Assembly: GCF_006345805.1 (NCBI RefSeq)
Contig: NC_042997.1
Span: 77,376,001-77,440,000 of the forward strand
Origin: Octopus sinensis
Taxonomy: Eukaryota
Direction: 5' to 3'
Length of the DNA: 64,000 bases
A program made the translations under genes and the position numbers. Position 1 is the first letter of the stretch. Each line of letters starts with the position of its first letter. Positions 56,304 to 64,000 of this stretch are shown here, one piece after another. The notes below the pieces were generated by a model. It worked only from the letters and a program-made list of their open reading frames with translations, was not told the DNA's origin and ran no database searches.

Positions 56304-56565
56304 GGCATATAGCATAGTGGTTAAGCGTGCATGCTACTAACCCCAAGATTCCAAGTTTGACTCCAGGCAGTGACCTGACTGAATAATAATATCGAAAAAT
56401 ACCTTAGGAATGAGAACACGGGTTCGAAATTTCCCCAAGACACCTGATGAAGGCTGGAGGATATATCAGCCGAAATGTTGTGTTAACAACAAACAAGATG
56501 AAGACAAATATCCATCAAATGTAAATAACGTACATAATTCCTCATCTCTTAAATATAGAACTGTG
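56304..56565 (+). mobile_element. tRNA-headed SINE with minimal HHR-like body (family H)
   Basis: Head GGCATATAGCATAGTGGTTAAG...GTTTGACTCC; body GACAC-CTGATGA-aGGCTG...CAGCC-GAAAtGT-T-GTGTT at 56439-56484. Other copies: 25575-25836(-) and 56190-56300(-, deleted). Confidence 0.65.
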
Positions 56566-56624
56566 TCATTTTTGTATTGTAAGCAAATTATAGGAAAAAA
56601 ATCTATCAGTAAATCATTGTCGTC

Positions 56625-57440
56625 ATCATCATCATTTAATGTCTGCTTTCCATGCTGGCATGGGTTGAACATGGTTTGACATGGAGCTGCCCAGACTCCA
56701 ATTGTTTGTTGTTGCATAGTTTCTGTGACTGGGTGCCCTTCCTAATGCCAACCACTTAACAGAGTGTGCTGGGTGCTTTTTACATTCCACTGGCACTGGT
56801 GTGTTTATGCAACAATGGCACAGATGCGTTTACACAGCAACAACACAGGTGCATTTATGCAGCAACAGCACAGGTGTATTTATGCAACACTGGCATGGGT
56901 GCTTTTTATGTGGAACTGGGACCTGAAAGGACAAGCTTGTATGTGTAGAAGACCGCAATTTTCCTTAGCTTGATGCATCTTATCAAGTACAGCAAATCAC
57001 CACAACTCCCAGTCAGTCTTTTCCTCAGTGAGGCCCAGCATCCGAAGATCCTTTCTCACCACTTCATCCGACATCTTCCTGGGTCTACCCCTTCCACAAG
57101 TACCCTCTACAATTAGAGCTCAGCACTTCTTTACATAGCTCACCTCATCCATACGTATCACATGGCCAAATCAGCACAGTCTTCTCTCTTGCACAATACA
57201 TCTGATGCCTTATATACCCAGTTTTCCTCTTAAATCATTTACACTCTATCATGCATGCACACTGACATTACCCATCCAGCAAAACTTGTTAGCTTCATTT
57301 CTTTCACGCCTTTGCAAGTCCTCTGTAGTCAAGGCCCATACTTCTCTGCCATGTAACATACACAGGCATCATACAATCTACCTTTTACTCTGAAGGAGAG
57401 GCCCTTAGTTACCAACAGAGGTAGAAGTTCTCTGAACTTT
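56625..57440 (-). mobile_element. RTE 3' fragment with (GAT)n tail and degenerate ~25-bp tandem repeats
   Basis: TCATCATCATCA followed by the reverse complement of the RTE 3'UTR and C-terminal ORF (GGGTCTACCCCTT = RGRP). Confidence 0.7.
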
Positions 57441-58959
57441 GCCCAGCCACACATAATAATGCATAACAAAATAAACTGAAATGTGCTACAAAGTATAGTG
57501 CAAGAAATGCTTGTAAAATACCCTTTCCATCCCTCAAAAAATGGTCTTCAATTAGAACTAAGGTAGGTCAAAACAGGACCCAATCATAAGTCAAAGAGTA
57601 CTTGTACAAAAAGTACTTCATTTATCAGTTTTAAAAGTGTTAAATGTTTGATAACAACCAGTTGTCCTCATTCCTCTTCAAGATCATTCTTATCAGAATA
57701 ATACCTCATCCTCAACCCCTTACCCCAAACCAAAGAAATCAAAAATTCATTGGATTGAATCTCCTCCTGAATTAAATCAGAATGCCACTTATAGAAAACT
57801 GAGTAATGTAGAATGAAAATCCCTAACCTGGGACACCAGATGTCTTTATATTTGTGAATTTAAGCTTCAAAGCCAATGTCATTCAGGTATAAAAAAAAAT
57901 AGAAAAAAGACATATTATTTATTATATGACTGAGTAGAATAAAATGCAGGCTTCAAATATAAATACTAAGAATTCATTATTTAGTCCTTTATGCATAGTT
58001 TGTTTGAGGTTAAATCCTAAAACTTTATATTTAATAAATAACTATTTTGTATTGTAAATCAAGAGAATACTAATCTAATATTCTTTATGAGCCACCTTAG
58101 AAAATTAGATTAATATTGTCGTGTAACATGGCCAAGACAATGTAGACTGAGAGTCATTAAGAGATTGAATGCAAAACAGTTTTAACATTTTTTTGTTGTT
58201 TGTTGAATATTTACATAAAGACTGCCCCAGCTTTGTGTATGTTCAATATTTTGCTTAAAATTACTTTCAATCTGGAAGATTTTAAGTTCTGTGACATTGG
58301 GCACCTTAAGTGTGGTTTAAAATTCCACTCAAAGTGCACTGTGAAATGGTCAGTGTGCCACTCAGTATTCCTTCTTGCCAACATTGTCAGCACAGTTTGG
58401 ATGTTCTAATTTCACTCAATGACAGTAAATGAAATACTAAAATTTATGAAGCAGTTGCTTCTATGTCGTTGGTGTAGATTATGTTATTGGATGATGAGCC
58501 TCAGGAATTTTTCAGCTGTGTGATGACATAATTTTACAGAGGCTGTTTATATATTCCAGACTGAAGAATTAAAATTCCCAAGCATAACCAGGTTGTCTTA
58601 ATCGTTACAATGACCACAATTGTTGACCCAGTTACAAATTTCATTTTGACAGCTACTGTCACACATTGTGTGATATCTGTTACAGTCATTGTTGAATTTA
58701 TTGTCATGTTACCTGGCTTTAACTGCTTATGTATGATGAGACACTTGCATACATAATTGATATTGGCCATTATCTCAAATCTGACTTTTTAAGATTTAGA
58801 ACTGCTTACAAAAATGTCACACAGCATAACAATATTATATGGTTCACATTTCAACTTCATACCAAACTGTAGAACATACAATAGTGAGTGATCCTTATAA
58901 TAGGTAGTCAGCTACAGATCACAGACAGGCTGATAGTGAAGAAAAATTTCATATGCAGC

Positions 58960-59460
58960 AGAAACACTCATGCTTGGAAAGCTCCCTAGAAGAAACTGAT
59001 AGCTTCTGTTACCTAGGTAACCTAATTAACAGTGGAGACAGTTATGAATGCATTAGTTATAAGAACTTGTTGGACAGATTTCAAAGAATTATTACCAGTG
59101 CTTACAACAACAAAGCAAATCTAGTGAAGGGTAGACACTATGATGGTTGTGTATAAAGTGTAATGTGACATGGCAGTGAATGAAAAGAATGTGTGAAGAA
59201 ATGTAGGTGTAATGTTTGTGTGAATGAATAAATAAGCTTAGACAAAAACTATGAATGGAATTAAATGTACAAGAGAGAAAACTGCACTGGAGTGGACATG
59301 TGATGTGTGAATAAGTGCCAAGCAATACACACAGAAGAAACCTATGGGAAAGAAAAATATAGGAAATGATAAACATTATCACAAAAGCTGAACTTCATGA
59401 TGGAGATGACAAAGGATTACAATAGGAGGCAACATTGTTCTGGAGAAGACCTTCAACCTA
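58960..59460 (+). mobile_element. Very degenerate RTE C-terminal fragment
   Basis: LEETDSFCYLGNLINSG; VKGRHYDGCV. Confidence 0.55.
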
Positions 59461-60569
59461 TGCAGACAAGGTAATAAAAAAAAAGTAAAATGATGAGGAT
59501 TATGTTTCTTAAACTAATATCATGTAAGTATCAAACAAATGCTCCTGTGAAAATATATGCATATGTTTGTTATATATCTCAGCAGTAATGCAGTATAATT
59601 CATATATCTGCTACCATTCTGTGGTCCTTATTCAGCTAATTCAGTCATATTGAAAAGGTCCTTGTCTAAATTGGTCATATTTAAAACAAAAATAATTTAA
59701 CCACTCAGCAAAAGAAACTTATAGAATAGATAGCAGGCTTAACAAAGCATAAGCACTGGGATTGATTCATTCAACTACAAATTCTTAATGACTGAAAATA
59801 TAAAAGATAAGACATATCTCTACTAGGAGTGAAATATTCAAAGAGGAATCAGAATGACAGCCACTCAATAACCTTCAAACTGTCAGATTCTGGTGAGAGA
59901 AATCAGTCTCCTAAACACAAGTTACAGAAAGCATCCACATTTATATTATGTTCACACACGCGCTCATGTTTTGTTCGCTCGCACGGACACCGTCAACTAA
60001 AAATGGCTTGCTTAGGTTTTCTTTATGAGTCATCTCCCTTAAAATGTTAAGATAAGAGTCACCTCCCTGCATTAGTTTTAAACTTGTGCCTATCTTTAAT
60101 TTGTTTTTCTATTTTATATTAGAAAACTTTTCTCGTTAATTTTACAACACTATTGTTCACCTGGAAACATGAAGGTAATTCCAGAACTGACATAAAAGGC
60201 GAAATAGGGTACTTCCAAAAATTGGCTGATATTTGGATTTTACACATACAGAAGTCATTTAAGAATTCTTGAATCATTGATACAGATTACGTGAGTCATT
60301 GCTTTGGCTGATGGTCCAATGAAGATTCTTTCAATTTTGCCAGTGTTACAATGGGGAAAAACATTTTAAGCTCCTATTGCAAAGCCCATGAAAGCTTCAT
60401 ATGCAATGCAGCATATATGGGCAGTCAACTATACTATAATAAGTTGCTTATTAACTAGTTTGGAGTTTTTACTAAACGAGAACAATTATTATTTAAGTCC
60501 ACACTATCTAGAAAATTCATAAAAATTCTAATTTAAAAATATTTTTATCAAAATATAGTTTTCAAATAA

Positions 60570-60971
60570 GGTGCAGGAGTGGCTGTGTGGTAAGTAGCTT
60601 GCTTACCAGCCACATGGTTCTGGGTTCATTCCCACTGCATGGCACTTTGGGCAAGTGTCTTCTACTATAGCCTTGGACCGACCAAAGCCTTGTGAGTGGA
60701 TTTGGCAGACAGAAACTGAAAGAAGCCCGTTGTATATATGTATGTATATATATGTGTGTATGTGTATGTGTATGTTTGTGTGTCTTTATCCTCCAGCATC
60801 ACTTGACAACCGACGGTGGTGTGTTACGTCCCCTTAACTTAGTGGTTCAGCAAAAGAGAACGATAGAATAAGTACTAGGCTTTCAAAGAACAAGTCCTGG
60901 GGTCGATTTGCTCGACTAAAGGCAGTGCTCCAGCATGGCTGCAGTCAAATGACTGAAACAAGTCAAGAGTA
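60570..60971 (+). mobile_element. SINE family A, near full length
   Basis: Colinear with 34205-34584. Confidence 0.85.
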
Positions 60972-60989
60972 AATATCTTTTATTGTTGA

Positions 60990-61480
60990 AGATTATACCA
61001 TTCAAGCAGAAAAAAATCTTTATTCACTGCAACATAGTCATCTTACACTGTGAGATTATACATTATCTTTCATGTTGGATCGCATTTGGTTGCTAAGAAT
61101 ATTGGAGGACACATGGAAGAAGCACTCAATACTGCCATACATGCAATTAACTTTGTCAAATCAAACTCAATGAATAATAGATTTTTATACAATTCTGCGA
61201 AGATGAAGATTTTAAAATCCTATTGCTTCACACAAAAGTAAGATGGTTGTCAAAAGACTGAGCCTTGAAAGATTAGTGAATTTGTGGGAATCATTAATCA
61301 ACTTTCTCATGTTCAAGAGTCAGATGATTCCAAGAAGCAAGCAGATACAACTAAGAAAATTTTGGAAAGACTTTCTGAATTTAAATCAAAAATATTTTTT
61401 AATTTCTGTTTATACTTCTGGAAATATAAACATTGCCCAGATATTTGCAGTGCCACTTTTTACAAACATATCAGTAAAAA
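60990..61480 (+). mobile_element. hAT (Buster/Charlie-like) transposase relic
   Basis: HLVAKNIGGHMEEALNTAIHAINFVKSNS...LLLHTKVRWLSK..SLERLVNLWESL across frames. Confidence 0.65.
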
Positions 61481-62062
61481 CATATCTCCAAATTATAAGT
61501 TTCTTTCAGCAACAGCCAAAATATATTGGTTCTAGTAGCCTTTCAAATTTGTTGGGTGTTGTTGAATAAGAAACTGAATAAGAAAAGTGGTTCTAATTTA
61601 CTTATATCAATAGTACCAAATATAAACCTGTTACATTTTCTTTCAACTAAAGTATTTGATTGTTGTGCACAATGTTTTAAATAAATTACCGAAATCAGAG
61701 ACTGTTACAGTATGTGATAAGGACTATAATATGAAATGTTATATATTTCTGATAGTTAATTCCTTTACTAACATCTCCACTATTTGTGTTATTGAAGTTC
61801 ATTTCATGAGCAAGAGTTTTAAAAATTCATTTCCTATCTCTGTACATCCATAATAGTGTGTTTATGCAGGTTATTAATAGTGAAATGTACAAACATATAT
61901 ATATATCGATAGATATATTGAATATATATATATAAGTACAGAGGAAATAAGTTATACAATCACAAGTTCAAACCTACAGTAAGTTTTTCTCAATATTTTC
62001 TTTCTGTACATACAAAGTGTGCAATCCAGTTTAGTCATGCAAAAGTATAAAATCTTCTGATA

Positions 62063-62871
62063 CAGTCGGGGGGGAAATAAATATTTGTACATGTCAAAAT
62101 TCTTTATTTATTTAATTTCTAATGAACATAAATGGGATATACCAATACTATATTTGCATACACATGCATAAACTAAGAATATGCAAAAGAAACTAATAAA
62201 TTATAGTAACTAAAGAATTTAGTCAACAGTGAAGTTTTTCTAGGAGAGCGTGACTTCAGTTCATTCCTATGAAGTTCATTACTGATTGTTCGAAGTGTAA
62301 CACTAGTCCCTGAAGCTAACAAATCTTCTTGCAACTCCTTTCTGGTGATCATTGCGTTTTTTTTATTCTTCGCTTCAATTTTCTTAAAGATCTAGGGGAA
62401 ATCTTGCATGGTGCACCGGATCTTATTCTGTTTTCAACAGTTCCTGATTTTTTATATCTTTGAATAAATGAAGATATGGCAGAAAATGGGGTACAAAGGG
62501 TCTCTGATATTTTCCTGTAACTTTTACCTGCTTTCCACTGTTGAATGAAGAAGCTAGCGTTTTGACACTTAAAAATGACAACTGATAAGATTATTGGAAC
62601 AAACGAGAAAGTTTTAGTAAAAAATATTATTTTAACAGTATTTTGTGGCATAGAAAATTATAAATTTATTCTGTATGAATACTTTTTTCACCCCTAAATA
62701 TTTATAATTGTATATAAATTCATTAGTTACTATAATTTATTAGTTTCTTTTGCATATTCTTAGTTTATGCATGTATATGCAAATATAGTATTGGTATATC
62801 CCATTTATGTTCATTAGAAATTAAATAAATAAAGGATTTTGACATGTACAAATATTTATTTCCCCCCCCCA

Positions 62872-62874
<3 letters not shown>
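62063..62874 (-). mobile_element. Tc1-family non-autonomous element with ~158-bp TIRs
   Basis: TA|CAGTCGGGGGGGAAATAAATATTTG... and ...CAAATATTTATTTCCCCCCCCCACTG. Internal HTH relic WKAGKSYRKISETL...YKKSGTVENRIRSGAPCKIS. Confidence 0.88.
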
Positions 62875-62926
<52 letters not shown>

Positions 62927-62929
62927 ATT

Positions 62930-63299
62930 GGCACAGTCATGGTTGTGGTAAGAAGCTTGCTTCCCAACCACATGGTTCTGGGTTCAATGACACCTTAGGC
63001 AAGTGTCTTCAACCAAAGCTTTGTGAGTGGATTTGGTTGACGGAAACTGAAAGAAGCCTATCATGTATGTATATATTTATATGTGTGTCTTTTGTCTGTG
63101 TTTGTCCCACCACCATCACTTGACAACCGACGCTGGTGTGCTTATGTTCTCATAACTTAGTGACTCGGCAAAGAGACTGATAGAATAAGTACTAGGCTTA
63201 CAAAGAATAAGTCCTGGGGTCGATTTCTTTGACTAAAACCCTTTAAGGTGGTACTTCAGCATGGCTGCAGTCAAATGACTAAAACAAGTAAAAGAACAA
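62930..63299 (+). mobile_element. SINE family A
   Basis: Colinear with 60570-60971. Confidence 0.8.
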
Positions 63300-64000
63300 A
63301 CTGAGGACTTTTACATGGCTAAGTTAAGTTTGCATAATATCTGATTTCTTCATAAATTCTAACTCTGTTTTTGAGTGATTGATATTATCCCCAGTTTATT
63401 TACTAAACAAGTAAATACCATTAGATAGATAAAGGATGCAAAGAAAAATTAGATATAACACAAAAAATTACACAAATTTGTAATGAAATGCGTAAATACA
63501 GTCAGCAACTAGCAGAAAACCACATGCAGAGTAGTCTTTCTGTAGTATTCAGAATGAATCTTATAAATTGCAATTTATACTGCATTTATAAAAACGTTGT
63601 GCCATTGCAAAATTTTTGTAGAGCTGTGATGTTTTCTACTGTAACATGACATCTTGGTGTAGTTTTATTCACAAGGAATTTACTAACTACTATTCCTGGA
63701 GAGATAGCCTTCTACTGCTTATATTGAATGTCAAAGATGGGCTACTTTTTTTCTTGATGCAATTTTGTAACCCTGCCAGTGACAGTAAATATCAAAAGAC
63801 ATAATCTAATAGGCTACAGTTGAAGTTGCCAAACAAATAAACCATTCATCATCATCATTATCATTTAATGCTCATCATGCCTAGCTCCTGTCAAACCATC
63901 TAACCCTTGCTGGCATGAGTTGGATGGTTTGACAAGAGCCTGGCAAGCTAGGGAGTTACACCAAGACCTATTGTCTGCTTTGGCATGGTCTCTATGGCTG

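Overview
AT-rich, repeat-dense animal genomic DNA, most likely an octopus/coleoid cephalopod (inferred from the SINE set, RTE LINEs and TA microsatellites). Two host genes sit head-to-head with only 178 bp between start codons. GPR107 (minus strand) has 9 coding exons that I could splice in frame from 44795 down to 1034; its 3' exons lie beyond the left edge. SETD3 (plus strand, 44974-54039) has only 2 coding exons and encodes 494 aa. The rest is a mosaic of RTE, CR1-group and Tx1/L1-type LINE pieces, a Penelope-like element with a GIY-YIG relic, tRNA-derived SINEs, piggyBac, Tc1, Tigger, hAT and Chapaev relics, two putative solo LTRs and a ~4.1 kb TA/TACA microsatellite. The main result of the hunt is a cluster of hammerhead ribozyme (HHR) motifs in GPR107 intron 1. 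Type I HHRs fold by eye at 33764-33817, at 35003-35063, and as an inverted pair at 39451-39501 / 39833-39883. Two of them sit in terminally redundant units of 561 bp and 353 bp that look like retrozyme or Penelope pseudo-LTR monomers able to give circular RNAs. A tRNA-headed SINE family also carries a decayed minimal HHR. All folds are manual and no searches were run.
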